A DNA stretch of 64,000 bases from an uncultured beta proteobacterium (GCA_963841045.1 CAWJBD010000003.1:256668-320667); one strand, 5' to 3'. Shown: positions 30,135 through 41,765, numbered from the stretch's first letter. A program made the numbers and translations. The notes: generated by a model not told the origin, from the sequence alone.

Positions 30135-31268
30135 ATGAATCCAAGCACAAGTCACCAAACAATCCCATCCGCGTCCAATACAAGCATTATCTGGGATGAC
30201 ACTGATCGCCATTCTTTATTCCAGTCTTGGTTAAAAAACGCAGGCCCGAACCACCATTTATCTGACAACACACTGCGCAGTGCATCAGCGGATGCCAGTT
30301 TCAGACGCTATTTTCGCATCGACAATTCGCTAGGACAGAGTTTCATCGTCATGGATGCACCACCAGACAAAGAAGATTGCAAGCCATTCGCACATGTAGC
30401 CGATTTGATGTCCCAAGCGGGTTTGCTCGTTCCTGAAGTCCTCAACTGGGACGAAACGAATGGCTTCATGCTGCTCACTGATTTGGGCGCAAAAACCATG
30501 ATGGAAGTCATAAACCCCCATTTATCTGACGATCTTGCAGAGCCCAATCAGGACTTGTACATGCAAGCAGTTGATGTATTGGTCGCTTGGCAATTAGCTT
30601 CTAAGCCTGATGTATTGCCAGCCTATGATGAGTCTTTGTTGCGCCGTGAACTTAATTTGTATCCTGAATGGTACTTGGCAAAGCACAAGCAAATCAACCT
30701 AACGCCATCGCAGCAAGCGACCTTAGACAATGCTTTCTCATTGATCGTGCAACGCAATCTGGCAGTGCCCAATGTGTATGTTCATCGCGATTTCATGCCA
30801 CGCAATTTGATGGTCGCAATGCGTGACGGGAAACCGACCTTGGGTGTGCTTGACTTTCAAGATGCTGTTTATGGCCCCATCACGTATGACATTGCCAGTT
30901 TGATGCGCGACGCTTTTCTATCTTGGGAAGAGCCGTTTGTACTGGATATCACCATTCGCTATTGGCAAAAAGCAGTCAAAGTCGGTTTATTGGGCGCAAA
31001 CAGTGCGTCGGGCTGGGGTGCAGATTTTGGCGAGTTTTATCGCGCTGTTGAGTGGCAAGCACTGCAACGGCACTTGAAAATACTGGGCATTTTTGCGCGC
31101 TTAACCCTGCGCGATGGCAAACCTAAATATTTGGCTGACACACCGCGCTTCATCAACTATGTGCGTAAAACGGCTGACCGATACCGCGAGTTGGGACCTT
31201 TTTTGAAGCTCATTGATGAAATTGAAGGCATAGAAACGGCAACCAGCTATGCATTTGGCAAAGTCTAA
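30135..31268 (+). CDS. aminoglycoside-phosphotransferase-fold kinase (AmgK-like anomeric MurNAc/GlcNAc kinase candidate)
   Basis: 377 aa with an APH-type catalytic loop (VHRDFMPRNLM) and DFQDA. The position divergent from lptD is typical for amgK. Confidence 0.7.
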   Translation: MNPSTSHQTIPSASNTSIIWDDTDRHSLFQSWLKNAGPNHHLSDNTLRSASADASFRRYFRIDNSLGQSFIVMDAPPDKEDCKPFAHVADLMSQAGLLVPEVLNWDETNGFMLLTDLGAKTMMEVINPHLSDDLAEPNQDLYMQAVDVLVAWQLASKPDVLPAYDESLLRRELNLYPEWYLAKHKQINLTPSQQATLDNAFSLIVQRNLAVPNVYVHRDFMPRNLMVAMRDGKPTLGVLDFQDAVYGPITYDIASLMRDAFLSWEEPFVLDITIRYWQKAVKVGLLGANSASGWGADFGEFYRAVEWQALQRHLKILGIFARLTLRDGKPKYLADTPRFINYVRKTADRYRELGPFLKLIDEIEGIETATSYAFGKV

Positions 31269-31315
31269 GTAAGCAGCCTGCATCGCCTCTATCTCATGAA
31301 TATTTATAAGAAATT

Positions 31316-31367
31316 AGGCTGTATCCGGCGTATTTATTGCCTAGTTTGCTATTAAATATATAGCAAA
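31316..31367 (+). repeat. Family-1 dispersed palindromic repeat, copy C (intergenic)
   Basis: AGGCTGTATCCGGCGTATTTATTGCCTAGTTTGCTATTAAATATATAGCAAA. Confidence 0.85.
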
Positions 31368-31388
31368 TACGTCTAATACTATTTAATC

Positions 31389-32144
31389 ATGAACACACCA
31401 CGCTTTCACTGCCCTGTGCTTCTCAAGTCTGGCGACAGTATCAATTTACCGGCAGGTGCAGCGCGGCATGTTCAAGTATTGCGCAAACAACCAGGCGATA
31501 CGCTGACGCTTTTCAGCGGCATGGATCAAGGTGGTGAGTTTGAAGCCACCATTGAACACATGGGTCGCAGCGATGTGCGAGTTGTGATAGGCGCGCACAA
31601 CCCCATTGAACGTGAGCCATTGAACCAAGTGCATCTTGCTATTGGCGTTCCAGCCAATGACAGAATGGATTGGTTGGTAGAAAAAGCGACCGAACTGGGT
31701 GTCACCAGTATTCAAGCTTTGATGACTGAACGCAGTGTGCTGCGTTTGAGCGGTGAACGCGCTGATAAAAAGCGCATGCACTGGCAAGCCATTGCCATCG
31801 CTGCTTGCGAACAGTGTGGTCGCAATCAAGTGCCCACCATTCACCCAGTGATGAATTTACACAATTGGTTATCAAATTTGTCAACTTCTGTCACGTATTC
31901 GACGCCAATCTCAAACAAACTTTTACTTTCATTGCAAGCAGAATCTGTCTCTCTCAAAACAAAATTGCGTACAGAAAAGAGTGGGCAGCAATTTATTTTC
32001 TTATCAGGACCAGAAGGTGGCTTCAGTCTGTCAGAAGAAACTGCCGCTCTAAACCATGGTTTTGCGCCCATAACGCTCGGGAATCGTGTTCTCAGAGCAG
32101 AGACTGCTGCGATCACTGCCCTGGCTGCGTTGACAGTTGAATAA
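31389..32144 (+). CDS. rsmE: 16S rRNA (uracil1498-N3)-methyltransferase
   Basis: 251 aa. RFHCP...H...VLR and C-terminal GPEGGFS..E...LG.RVLRAETAA. Confidence 0.85.
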   Translation: MNTPRFHCPVLLKSGDSINLPAGAARHVQVLRKQPGDTLTLFSGMDQGGEFEATIEHMGRSDVRVVIGAHNPIEREPLNQVHLAIGVPANDRMDWLVEKATELGVTSIQALMTERSVLRLSGERADKKRMHWQAIAIAACEQCGRNQVPTIHPVMNLHNWLSNLSTSVTYSTPISNKLLLSLQAESVSLKTKLRTEKSGQQFIFLSGPEGGFSLSEETAALNHGFAPITLGNRVLRAETAAITALAALTVE

Positions 32145-32191
32145 AACAATAACCTAAACAATTTCCTTTCACACACGGAAAACTCACAACC

Positions 32192-33460
32192 ATGAACATC
32201 AATCTTTGGCTCCTTGCATTTGCGCAAGGCTTGTTTCTAACCAATAACGTCACTTTCATCGCCATCAATGGCTTGGTAGGTTGGAGTATCGCGCCGCTGG
32301 GATGGATGGCAACACTACCGGTCGTTGGTTATGTGGTGGGTGGCGCGTTGAGCACGGGTATGGTGGCCAAGACACAAAAGAAATATGGCCGCAAAAAATC
32401 ATTCCAAATGGGATTGGTCATCGGTATGTTGTCGGCGGCTGTTTGCGCCTACGCGGCCCACACACAACAGTTTTGGTTATTGGTTGCATCCACCATGGTG
32501 GCAGGGTTTTACAACGCCAACGCCAGCCTTTACCGCTTTGCAGCCGCTGAATTGGCATTGCCCGCTTTTAAAGAAAAAGCAGTTTCGCTGGTGATGGCGG
32601 GTGGTTTGCTCGGTGCGGTTTTGGGACCTAATTTAGCGCAATGGACCAAATCTATTTTTGCCGTGCCTTTTGTGGGTGCTTACACGGCGCTGGTGTTCAT
32701 TGCGATCATATCGATGCTTGTGATTTCACAGATCAAGTTTCCTGAACTTCCAACAAATCAAATCAATCAAGCCAATGCAGACTTGGGACGCCCCTTGGCA
32801 GAAATCATCAAACAGCCAGTTTTCATCGTGGCTGCAATGGCCAGTTCATTGGGCTACGGAGTGATGAATTTATTGATGGCGGCCACACCGCTGGCGATGC
32901 AAAATTGTGGCTTGTCTTTTTCTGACACGGCCTTGGTATTGGAATGGCATGTGATTGGCATGTTTGCACCCGGTTTTTTTACGGGCCATTTAATCAAGCG
33001 GTTTGGCGTGTTGCGCATCATGGGTATTGGTGTGCTTCTAAATTTTGTGTGTATCGCTATCGCTTTATCAGGTCAAGAGTTGCATCAATACTTAATCGCA
33101 TTATTTTTACTCGGACTGGGATGGAATTTTCTCTTCACTGGCGGCACAACTTTGGCACTGACAACTTACCAACCCGTTGAAAAAGACCGGGCACAAGGCG
33201 CTATTAATTTCATTACCTTTGCGGTATTGGCATTCACATCGTTTGCCTCTGGTGCCATGGTGACCACCCAAGGTTGGTCAATGTTGAACACTTTGTCACT
33301 GTTACCCGTTTTTGTTATCGGGTTGGCACTCATTTGGCTTGCAATCCGTCAGCCAAGCAGGTCACAATATACCGTCTTAAAGACTACATTAAACTTAGTC
33401 TTTAGTTCATTAACTTTTCACTTTCTACTATTTACAAAGGATTCATCATGGGATTGTTAG
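32192..33460 (+). CDS. MFS transporter
   Basis: 422 aa with about 12 hydrophobic segments and a loop 2-3-like motif (KKYGRKKS). Confidence 0.8.
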   Translation: MNINLWLLAFAQGLFLTNNVTFIAINGLVGWSIAPLGWMATLPVVGYVVGGALSTGMVAKTQKKYGRKKSFQMGLVIGMLSAAVCAYAAHTQQFWLLVASTMVAGFYNANASLYRFAAAELALPAFKEKAVSLVMAGGLLGAVLGPNLAQWTKSIFAVPFVGAYTALVFIAIISMLVISQIKFPELPTNQINQANADLGRPLAEIIKQPVFIVAAMASSLGYGVMNLLMAATPLAMQNCGLSFSDTALVLEWHVIGMFAPGFFTGHLIKRFGVLRIMGIGVLLNFVCIAIALSGQELHQYLIALFLLGLGWNFLFTGGTTLALTTYQPVEKDRAQGAINFITFAVLAFTSFASGAMVTTQGWSMLNTLSLLPVFVIGLALIWLAIRQPSRSQYTVLKTTLNLVFSSLTFHFLLFTKDSSWDC

Positions 33461-33918
33461 ACTCAGTTATCGGTGCAGTTTTAAACGGCGGTCAGCAACA
33501 AGCGCCAGCCGCTGGTGGCGGTTTAGGTAGCATCATTGGCATGTTGGCTCAAAACCCACAAATCTTGTCAACCATCACTGGCATGCTGGGCAATGATGGC
33601 GCACAGGGTGGCTTGGGCGGATTGGTTGGCACATTGTCAAAAGCTGGTTTAGGCGATGCTGTGGGTTCTTGGATCAGCAATGGACAAAACATGCCTGTTT
33701 CTGGCGAACAACTCGGCGGCGCTTTGGGTTCAGATGTATTGGCTGGTTTGGCCAAACAAATGGGTGTCAACACGGGTGATGCGGGTGGCATTTTGGCCAG
33801 TGTTTTGCCTGAATTAATTAATCAGTTGACACCACAAGGTCAAGCGCCTGCAGGTGGATTGGGCAATGCAGGCGATTTGATGGGCATGCTGGGTGGCTTA
33901 CTGAATCAAAAAGCGTAA
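33448..33918 (+). CDS. YidB-family (DUF937) protein
   Basis: 156 aa and Gly-rich, with GLGDAVGSWISNGQNMPVSGEQL and VLPELINQLTPQG. Confidence 0.8.
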   Translation: MGLLDSVIGAVLNGGQQQAPAAGGGLGSIIGMLAQNPQILSTITGMLGNDGAQGGLGGLVGTLSKAGLGDAVGSWISNGQNMPVSGEQLGGALGSDVLAGLAKQMGVNTGDAGGILASVLPELINQLTPQGQAPAGGLGNAGDLMGMLGGLLNQKA

Positions 33919-33925
33919 GCTAGAC

Positions 33926-34777
33926 TTATTCAGGTAAAGTTCGATCAAGCCAAGTTTTCATGCAAGTGAAAACTTGGGCTTGATCAGGTTCATTGAAAAT
34001 TTCGTGGTACATGTGTTCAAAACATTGAACCTCCACACAACTGGGCGCATTGGCGGCAAATGCGCGACTACCTGCAGGGGATACCAATTTATCCTGTCCC
34101 GCAAACATCAATAAAGTAGGCAATTTCAAACCAGATGCCGATGCAATTACCTCTGCTCCATTGTTCACAATAGATCGACCCAATCTGGCAGAGATACGGT
34201 CATGCACCAAAGGGTCAGAGGTATATGCTGCAACCACTGACTCATCGTGTGAAATAAAACGCGGATCTAAACCATTCCCTACACGCAAATTGGGTGCAAT
34301 TCTTGGTAAAGTGGACAAAAGCAATTTTTGGATAGCGTTCAATCCACCATCCAAAGCTGGAGATGACATCACCAGAGCATCCACTCTTTCTGGATGCATT
34401 GATACAAAGCGACCCACCACGCCACCACCCATGCTGTGCCCAACTAACACCAGTTTTTCGTTTGCAGGCATATTTTGCTGTGCTTGCAAAAGCATTGCAT
34501 CCAAATCGTCCAACATTTGATTGTCGGCTAACAAACCACCGCGTACACCGGTGGACAAACCATGCCCAAAATGGTCGTATCCTTTAACCGAAAAACCCCA
34601 TTGATTTAAGTGCTGAGCCACATGTGCATATCGACCCATGTGCTCGCCCAAACCATGCACCAATAACGCTGTGCCACGTGATTTTTGACCCGTTTGCAAT
34701 GGCCAATCGTAAATCGCTATGGTTTCACCTTTGCCAGTTTTGAAATTCGAAATAATGGGAGCTGGTAATGGTGACAT
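33926..34777 (-). CDS. alpha/beta hydrolase (lysophospholipase / monoacylglycerol-lipase-like)
   Basis: 283 aa. LVHGLGEHMGRY, the nucleophile elbow GHSMGG and a C-terminal H in YHEIFNE. Confidence 0.85.
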   Translation of the reverse strand: MSPLPAPIISNFKTGKGETIAIYDWPLQTGQKSRGTALLVHGLGEHMGRYAHVAQHLNQWGFSVKGYDHFGHGLSTGVRGGLLADNQMLDDLDAMLLQAQQNMPANEKLVLVGHSMGGGVVGRFVSMHPERVDALVMSSPALDGGLNAIQKLLLSTLPRIAPNLRVGNGLDPRFISHDESVVAAYTSDPLVHDRISARLGRSIVNNGAEVIASASGLKLPTLLMFAGQDKLVSPAGSRAFAANAPSCVEVQCFEHMYHEIFNEPDQAQVFTCMKTWLDRTLPE

Positions 34778-34808
34778 GTGATTGGTCTTTTAAATTGGCG
34801 TTAGGAAA

Positions 34809-36207
34809 TTAAAGCAAGGTGCGATATATCAAGCCGCATATGGCACATGCGAATAAAACCGACATAACGTCCACTTTATAACGAATTAACGCGAGCGCCG
34901 CAACACCTGCTAAGCCCAAAGCAAAGAAATCAATATTCGACACTTGAAACCCAATGTTGTCTACATTTAATGCAATGTGTGTAATAAAAAATAGGGCAAG
35001 ACTGGCAATAACACCGACGACTGCGGCTGTGATAGCGGTCAATGGCGCAGTGAATTTCAAATTATTGTGCGTTGTTTCAACCAATGGGCCACCAGCCAAT
35101 ATAAACATGAATGAGGGCAAAAATGTGAACCAAGTTGTCAAGGTTGCAGCAAGTGCAGCACCTAAAAACAGCGCATCAGGCCCCAGCACTTGTTTAGACC
35201 AACCACCTAAAAAAGCGACAAAGGACACGACCATGATCAATGGACCAGGTGTTGTTTCACCCAATGCCAAACCATCCATCATTTGAGCACCTGATAGCCA
35301 CCCGAATTGATTAACACCACCATCGTACACATAAGGCAACACCGCATAAGCGCCACCAAAAGTGAGCAGTGCCGCTTTGGTGAAAAACCAGGACATTTGT
35401 GTCAAGGTACCATGCCACCCCTGATAAGCCATCAAGATGCCCATGGGCAAAAGCCATAAAGTCAAACATACGGAAACAACTTTCGCAAGGTGTGATTTCC
35501 TAAAAAGCGCATGCTCAGGCGTTGGCGTGTCGTCATCAATTACTGCCGACACATGTGCGCCACCACTACCTTTGGCACCATGCCCACCGCCGCTCGCAAA
35601 CTGAGTGGGCGCAAATTTTGCACCAGCAGCTCCGATTATTGCGGCCAGCAGAACAATCAATGGGAATGGAACGCTGAAAAAGTACAATCCTAAAAAACTG
35701 AGCACCGCTACAAGCCACAAAATTGGCGCTTTGCTGGGAGTCTTTAAAGTTTTAGATCCAATGCGGTGTACCGCTTGCACAACGATGGCTGCAACAGCCG
35801 GTTTAATGCCATACAGCAATGCCGCCACCCAAGGCACACTACCGAAGACCACGTAGACATAGCTTAATCCGATTAATATAAACAAGGAAGGCAACACGAA
35901 GAGAACGCCTGCCACAATCCCACCCCAAGTTTTGTGCAACAACCAGCCAATGTAAATTGCCAATTGTTGTGCTTCCGGGCCGGGCAACACCATGCAGTAA
36001 TTCAATGCATGCAGAAAACGTTTTTCAGAAATCCAACGCTTCTCATCAACCAACTCTTTATGCATGATAGCGATTTGTCCTGCGGGACCAGCCAAAACTG
36101 ATCCAACCTAGTTTGAACCAAAATTTGAGTGCGTCGAAAAACTTGATTGAGTTTCGCTGATTGCTGAATATCTCTTTAGACTTATTTGTCGTGTTGATCG
36201 TGTCCAT
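34809..36207 (-). pseudogene. chrA: chromate transporter ChrA with a +1 frameshift near the 5' end
   Basis: The upstream frame reads MDTINTTNKSKEIFSNQRNSIKFFDALKFWFKLGWISFG, then shifts into GPAGQIAIMHKELVDEKRWISEKRFLHALNYCMVLPGPEAQQL... The canonical motif is SFGGPAGQIA. There is an extra base near 36090. The total span of 1399 nt is 3n+1. Confidence 0.75.
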
Positions 36208-36320
36208 GGGGTTTCCTAGTGAAAATTATTGCCATTGGACAGGACACTGTCTTGAAGCGTTTGACGCTAATGGGGCAGCAGATACCCCAAGTAAAAATCA
36301 TATCAGAACGATATTTATGC

Positions 36321-36902
36321 TTATCTTGAAAGTAAAAAGACCGATGTTCCAGCAAGCATATTTGGAAAGGTTCGAACAATTCGTTTATCTTGAATTCCAA
36401 AACTATCGAGTACTTTCAGACCATTTTTCAAAGCCAAAATATTCAAATCAGCATGTGTCCCAACTCGAATATTGGGTGTGTCATACCATTGATAAGGTAA
36501 TCTTTTGGTCACTGGCATGCGGCCTTGCATGACGCTGAGCCGATTCGGCCAATGGGCAAAGTTTGGGAATGCCACCACACCAAGCCGCCCTACGCGTACC
36601 GTCTCACGCAGCATCACTTCGGCATTTCGCAAATGCTGCAATGTGTCTATCTGCAGCACCACATCAAACGAAGCATCGTCAAACAGAGCCAAGCCTTCGT
36701 CCAAATTGAGTTGAATGACATTGACTCCACGCTTCACACAAGCATGCACATTGGTATCGTCAATTTCAATTCCATATCCCATACATTTGCGATTCTCTTG
36801 CAAGTATGCGAGCAATGCACCATCACCGCAGCCCAAATCCAGGACACGCGACCCAACTGGAACCAATTGAGCGATCGCTTGCATGGTTGCTAAGTCACTC
36901 AT
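36321..36902 (-). CDS. metW: methionine biosynthesis protein MetW
   Basis: 193 aa. Methyltransferase-fold motif [12 protein letters not shown]. Overlaps the metX stop by 8 nt. Confidence 0.9.
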   Translation of the reverse strand: MSDLATMQAIAQLVPVGSRVLDLGCGDGALLAYLQENRKCMGYGIEIDDTNVHACVKRGVNVIQLNLDEGLALFDDASFDVVLQIDTLQHLRNAEVMLRETVRVGRLGVVAFPNFAHWPNRLSVMQGRMPVTKRLPYQWYDTPNIRVGTHADLNILALKNGLKVLDSFGIQDKRIVRTFPNMLAGTSVFLLSR

Positions 36903-38091
36903 TGCCTGCCTCCAAATTCTTGTTCTCCAACAAGATCTTGTCGAAATACGAATGCACTATTCCCAAGTAACGAGCGTCATCTAGTAAAAAGGCATCATGC
37001 CCGTGGGGTGCATCAATTTCTGCGTAACTCACATCGCGGTGATTGTCAAGTAAGGCTTTCACAATTTCGCGGCTTCGGTTAGGTGCGAAACGCCAATCTG
37101 TAGTGAAACTCACTAGCAAAAATTTGGCGACGGTGTGACTCAATGCTTGTTTGAGATCACCACCAAATTTACGTGCTGGATCAAAATAATCCAGAGCACG
37201 TGTTATTAACAAGTAGGTGTTGGCATCAAAATATTCTGCGAATTTATCGCCCTGATATCGCAAATAACTTTCTATTTGAAATTCAACTTCTTGCGTTGTG
37301 TATTGGTACTCAGCATGTAATTTATTCTGATTTTCACCTAGACCCAATGCAGCTTTTAACTGCCTTCCAAATTTGGCATTCATCACATCATCACTGAGGT
37401 ATGTGATATGACCAATCATGCGTGCAATGCGTAAACCTCTTTTGGGTACGACACCGTGATCATAAAACCGACCCTCATGAAACTCCGGATCGGTCACAAT
37501 AGCTCGCCTAGCCACTTCATTAAACGCAATATTTTCAGCAGTCAAATTTGGTGCACTGGCAATAATCAGTGCATGTCGGACACGATTTGGATATTGCAAT
37601 GTCCAACTTAATGCCTGCATACCACCTAAACTTCCACCAATCACCGCAGCAAGTTGCTTGATACCAAGTTGGTCCAGCAATAACGCTTGCGAATTAACCC
37701 AATCCTCTACAGTCACAACTGGGAAGTCTGGCCCATACACTTTTTCAGTATCTGGGTTGATGTGCATCGGTCCGGTAGACCCAAAGCAAGAACCCAAGTT
37801 ATTCACACCGATCACAAAAAATTGATCGGTATCTAATGTTTTGCCAGGACCAATCATGTTGTCCCACCAACCTGTTGATTTCTCCTCGATCTCTCCAGAT
37901 TCGTTGGTATATACACCAGCCACATGATGCGAAGCATTTAAAGCATGGCAAACCAATACTGCATTGGATTTATCGGCGTTTAGTTTGCCGTAAGTCTCAA
38001 AACTTAAAGAGTATTCACTTAAGGACTTGCCACTTTGTAAGATCAGTGGCTTAGCAAAGTGCATTGATTGTGGTTGGGCAATCATTGTCAT
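36895..38091 (-). CDS. metX: homoserine O-acyltransferase (MetX family)
   Basis: 398 aa. [20 protein letters not shown] and DWRF. Followed by metW. Confidence 0.9.
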   Translation of the reverse strand: MTMIAQPQSMHFAKPLILQSGKSLSEYSLSFETYGKLNADKSNAVLVCHALNASHHVAGVYTNESGEIEEKSTGWWDNMIGPGKTLDTDQFFVIGVNNLGSCFGSTGPMHINPDTEKVYGPDFPVVTVEDWVNSQALLLDQLGIKQLAAVIGGSLGGMQALSWTLQYPNRVRHALIIASAPNLTAENIAFNEVARRAIVTDPEFHEGRFYDHGVVPKRGLRIARMIGHITYLSDDVMNAKFGRQLKAALGLGENQNKLHAEYQYTTQEVEFQIESYLRYQGDKFAEYFDANTYLLITRALDYFDPARKFGGDLKQALSHTVAKFLLVSFTTDWRFAPNRSREIVKALLDNHRDVSYAEIDAPHGHDAFLLDDARYLGIVHSYFDKILLENKNLEAGNE

Positions 38092-38103
38092 AAAGAGTGC
38101 AAA

Positions 38104-39102
38104 CTATAGCTTTGGAAATTCGCGATCATTTTTAGTGACATATCGGAACAAATATTGCGGCTTGTTATTTAAACGCAAATGAATGCGCCCCAAGTATTCG
38201 CCTAGTACACCAATAAACAGCGTTTGAAATCCACTCACTAATAAAATTGTCACGATGATTGAAGCCCAGCCTTTTGATTCATTCGGATAGAGATAACTGC
38301 TCACAGCAACAAAAATTGCACCCATAAAGCCCAACGCCGCTAAGCATGCACCCATCAGTGTGACCAACCTCAACGGCACGATAGAAGTGCCAGTGACCAT
38401 TCTTAACCACAGCGAGATCGATTTTTTGAAGTTGTAATTGCCTTCTCCATAAGCACGAGATCCATGCTGAATTTCTACGCTAGCGATGCGCCTGGTAATA
38501 TCAAGAATGAGACCATCTAAGTAGGCGAATGGCCCTTCATGATTGCGAACTTGATCCACAACTCCGCGTTTTAATGCTTTAAAAGAGGATAGATACAAAC
38601 CCTTGGGCTTGGATAAAAGCCACGAAGCCATCAAATCGTTAAATTTACTACCAAGAATTTTCCAAGCTGCGTGCTGTCGATTGGCATAACGGGTGTAACA
38701 AACATCCGCCCCTTTGACCAACTCTTGAATCATGCCTGGTATTGCTTCAGGAGGATGCTGTAAATCATCATCCATCAAGACAACATACTCGCCTTGCACC
38801 AAATTTAGACCAGCCATAATGGCATTGTGCTGCCCAAAATTTCTAGAGAGTGTCGCTCCCTGCAAAAAAGCATATTTTGTGGCCAATGTTTGAATCATTT
38901 GCCAACTGTTATCAGGACTGCAATCGTCCACCAAAATCAGCTCAAAACTATCAGCATAAGCCGAATTTTTCATGCAAGCTTCAATACGCACCACCAACTC
39001 TTCCAGACCCCCTTCGTTCCGATAAACGGGGATCAGAATTGATACTTGCAATTGGTTTGTTGGAATCACTTGATTTGTTGATGCTGTACTTGTCATTTGC
39101 AT
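38104..39102 (-). CDS. family-2 glycosyltransferase with C-terminal TM helices (polyprenyl-phosphate glycosyltransferase, ArnC/GtrB-like)
   Basis: 332 aa. SILIPVYRNE, LVDDCSPDNS, MDDDLQHPPE and two C-terminal hydrophobic helices. Confidence 0.8.
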   Translation of the reverse strand: MQMTSTASTNQVIPTNQLQVSILIPVYRNEGGLEELVVRIEACMKNSAYADSFELILVDDCSPDNSWQMIQTLATKYAFLQGATLSRNFGQHNAIMAGLNLVQGEYVVLMDDDLQHPPEAIPGMIQELVKGADVCYTRYANRQHAAWKILGSKFNDLMASWLLSKPKGLYLSSFKALKRGVVDQVRNHEGPFAYLDGLILDITRRIASVEIQHGSRAYGEGNYNFKKSISLWLRMVTGTSIVPLRLVTLMGACLAALGFMGAIFVAVSSYLYPNESKGWASIIVTILLVSGFQTLFIGVLGEYLGRIHLRLNNKPQYLFRYVTKNDREFPKL

Positions 39103-39191
39103 GATTGTAACGATGGCATAGGTGCACCAACAAATACCAGATAGCTACAAATCAGGTTATCATTACTACTGAGTTTATATACATACTTATT

Positions 39192-39617
39192 TTGAGCAAA
39201 TTCATCCACATCCTCGACATAGAGTCAGCCATTAATTTTTGGCGCGAACATAGACCGTCACTTGATGGTGTTGCTTTATCGCCAGAAATTCGTGCATTAG
39301 GAGAAACCTATGCGTTGATGGTCTACAAACAAGAAACAGAAGTTGACGAATGCAGTGTGTCAGAACCAGCCATGTCTGCTTGGTTAGCGTGGTATGCCAC
39401 TACCCCTGACACACCTTGCATCGCAATATGCTCAACCAGCCAAGGAGACGAAAGTTGCAAAGGCTGTGGACGTACTTTTGCCGAAGTACAGCACTGGCCA
39501 AACATGTCACCTGTCGAAAAACGCATGACATGGCGTCGCATCACACATGAAAATACTGCTTGGCGTTTTAACACTTATGCTGAACGTGCGAGAGAAGGCA
39601 TTGCATCAACACAGTGA
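39192..39617 (+). CDS. DUF3717-like N-terminal domain fused to a DUF1289-like cysteine motif
   Basis: 141 aa with a TTG start. ILDIESAINFWREHRP (DUF3717-like) and TPCIAICSTSQGDESCKGCGRTFAEVQHW (DUF1289-like). Confidence 0.55.
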   Translation: MSKFIHILDIESAINFWREHRPSLDGVALSPEIRALGETYALMVYKQETEVDECSVSEPAMSAWLAWYATTPDTPCIAICSTSQGDESCKGCGRTFAEVQHWPNMSPVEKRMTWRRITHENTAWRFNTYAERAREGIASTQ

Positions 39618-39667
39618 TAATGTAAACACACGTATTCAAACCTAATCCTCACGCATACCTATTCAAA

Positions 39668-40237
39668 ATGATTAGCACACTCACAGGCATACTCAGTGAT
39701 AAAAACCCACCGCAAATTGTGATTGATTGTCATGGCGTAGGCTACGAAGTCGATGTTCCAATGAGCACTTTTTATAACTTGCCAAGCATTGGAGAAAAAG
39801 TGAGTTTATTGACGCATTTTGTTGTGCGCGAAGATGCTCAAATCTTATTTGGATTTCAAACAGCGCAAGAACGTACTGTATTTAAACAGCTCATTAAAAT
39901 TTCAGGTGTGGGCGCAAGAACTGCTTTGTCAATACTTTCCGGCATGAGTGTGAATGAGTTAGCTCAAGCTATTACACTGCAGGATGCTGGTAGGTTGGTG
40001 AAAGTCCCAGGTATTGGAAAGAAGACGGCAGAACGATTGCTGCTGGAGTTGAAAGGCAAGCTCGGAGCAGATATGGGTCATACTAGCCACGTGGGTGGCG
40101 ATGTGCATGTTGACATATTGCAGGCTTTGGTGGCCTTGGGTTACAGCGACAAAGATGCTACATTGGCCGCCAAAGTGTTGCCAAAAGATATCAGTGTCAG
40201 CGAAGGCATCAAACTGGCTTTGCGAGCATTGGCATAA
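39668..40237 (+). CDS. ruvA: Holliday junction DNA helicase RuvA
   Basis: 189 aa. [16 protein letters not shown] and [12 protein letters not shown]. Confidence 0.95.
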   Translation: MISTLTGILSDKNPPQIVIDCHGVGYEVDVPMSTFYNLPSIGEKVSLLTHFVVREDAQILFGFQTAQERTVFKQLIKISGVGARTALSILSGMSVNELAQAITLQDAGRLVKVPGIGKKTAERLLLELKGKLGADMGHTSHVGGDVHVDILQALVALGYSDKDATLAAKVLPKDISVSEGIKLALRALA

Positions 40238-40274
40238 AGAAAATAATGATAGTCAATCAACTTACATAGTCAAG

Positions 40275-41333
40275 ATGAGCATTCAAACCGACGATTTCGC
40301 TCCAGCGCCCACCAAGCGAGTCATATCCGCTGAACCCTCTTCGCCTAACGAAGAAGCCATAGAGCGCGCATTGCGACCCAAACTGTTTGACGAGTACGTT
40401 GGCCAAAGCAAAGTTCGTGAGCAATTAGAAATTTTCATTGGTGCGGCAAAAATGCGCAATGAAGCCATGGACCATGTTTTGCTTTTTGGTCCACCAGGAT
40501 TAGGAAAAACCACTCTTTCGCACATCATTGCGCACGAGCTTGGTGTTAATTTACGGCAAACGAGTGGGCCCGTATTGGAAAAACCTAAGGATTTAGCGGC
40601 ACTGTTAACCAACTTAGAAAAAAATGATGTTTTGTTTATCGACGAAATTCACAGATTGAACCCTGTGGTCGAGGAGATTTTGTATCCAGCTTTAGAAGAT
40701 TACCAAATTGACATCATGATAGGTGAAGGTCCCGCAGCCCGATCAATTAAGCTTGATTTACAACCATTCACCTTAGTTGGAGCGACCACACGTGCGGGTA
40801 TGCTAACGAATCCACTTCGCGACAGATTTGGTATCGTCTCCCGTTTGGAGTTCTACACTGCTGACGAATTAGCACGTATTGTTCAGCGCAGCGCAGCTCT
40901 GCTTAACGTGCCTGCAGATAAAGATGGTGGATTTGAAATCGCTCGTCGATCACGTGGTACACCTCGAATCGCCAACCGATTGCTACGTCGTGTGCGTGAT
41001 TTCGCAGATGTAAAAGGAGAAGGTCAAATCACATTGGATATCGCCAATAAAGCGCTGGCAATGCTTGATGTTGACCCGCAAGGTTTAGACATCATGGACC
41101 GAAAAATGTTAGAAGCGGTCATCCATCGTTTTGATGGTGGCCCCGTTGGCTTAGATAATATTGCAGCCAGCATTGGCGAAGAACGCGATACGATTGAGGA
41201 TGTGATCGAACCGTATTTAATTCAACAAGGCTATTTGCAACGCACCCCAAGAGGACGAATCGCTACCCTAGCAGCTTACAAACATTTGGGTGTTTTACCA
41301 CCTAAAAATACTGCAGAGCTATTTATAGAGTGA
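40275..41333 (+). CDS. ruvB: Holliday junction DNA helicase RuvB
   Basis: 352 aa from [10 protein letters not shown], with Walker A (GPPGLGKTT) and Walker B (LFIDEIHRL). The longer ORF from 40095 overlaps ruvA and is not RuvB-like. Confidence 0.95.
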   Translation: MSIQTDDFAPAPTKRVISAEPSSPNEEAIERALRPKLFDEYVGQSKVREQLEIFIGAAKMRNEAMDHVLLFGPPGLGKTTLSHIIAHELGVNLRQTSGPVLEKPKDLAALLTNLEKNDVLFIDEIHRLNPVVEEILYPALEDYQIDIMIGEGPAARSIKLDLQPFTLVGATTRAGMLTNPLRDRFGIVSRLEFYTADELARIVQRSAALLNVPADKDGGFEIARRSRGTPRIANRLLRRVRDFADVKGEGQITLDIANKALAMLDVDPQGLDIMDRKMLEAVIHRFDGGPVGLDNIAASIGEERDTIEDVIEPYLIQQGYLQRTPRGRIATLAAYKHLGVLPPKNTAELFIE

Positions 41334-41349
41334 ATGTGTATCTTTGTAA

Positions 41350-41751
41350 TTAATGCAAAACACGGGCGTTTGGAGTGTCTGCAATTAATATAAATTCGTC
41401 TATCGGTGCTTCAAAACGTGCGCCATCTTCTGCAACGCAAAAGTAGCTGCCATGCATTGTTCCAGTGGGTGTGCGAAGTCTTGTGCCACTCGCGTATTCG
41501 AATGCTTCACCTGGTTTCAGTAAAGGTTGGTGTCCCACTACCCCTAAACCCTTTACTTCTTCTGTATGTCCATTGGCATCCACAATTACCCAATGACGCG
41601 ATATCAATTGTGCGGGAATATCTCCCACATTCTTAATTGTTATTGTGTATGAAAACACATAACTATCGGACATTAAATCTGATTGCTCTGCAATATATTG
41701 AGTAACCACGCTGACGTCAAATTTATATTCATTCATCGTCGAATGGTACAC
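41350..41751 (-). CDS. apaG: ApaG (DUF525) protein
   Basis: 133 aa. YVFSYTITIKN.G....QL.SRHW.I.D.NG..EEV.G.GVVG.QP.L.PGE.F.Y.S. Confidence 0.9.
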   Translation of the reverse strand: MYHSTMNEYKFDVSVVTQYIAEQSDLMSDSYVFSYTITIKNVGDIPAQLISRHWVIVDANGHTEEVKGLGVVGHQPLLKPGEAFEYASGTRLRTPTGTMHGSYFCVAEDGARFEAPIDEFILIADTPNARVLH

Positions 41752-41765
41752 GACTGCTTTTAACT

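Noticed and set aside
36161-36532. 123-aa (+) and 72-aa (-) ORFs between chrA and metW
   Set aside because: The region is accounted for by the true chrA 5' end (up to 36207), a short spacer and the metW 3' end.
38092-38103. SAM riboswitch upstream of metX, or a B12/SAH riboswitch upstream of the MetH-module gene (20742-20818)
   Set aside because: The spacers are only 12 nt and 77 nt and contain no recognisable riboswitch cores.
40095-40274. N-terminal 60-codon extension of the ruvB ORF
   Set aside because: It overlaps the end of ruvA in another frame and encodes a Trp/Cys-rich sequence unlike RuvB. The conserved RuvB N-terminus begins at the ATG at 40275.
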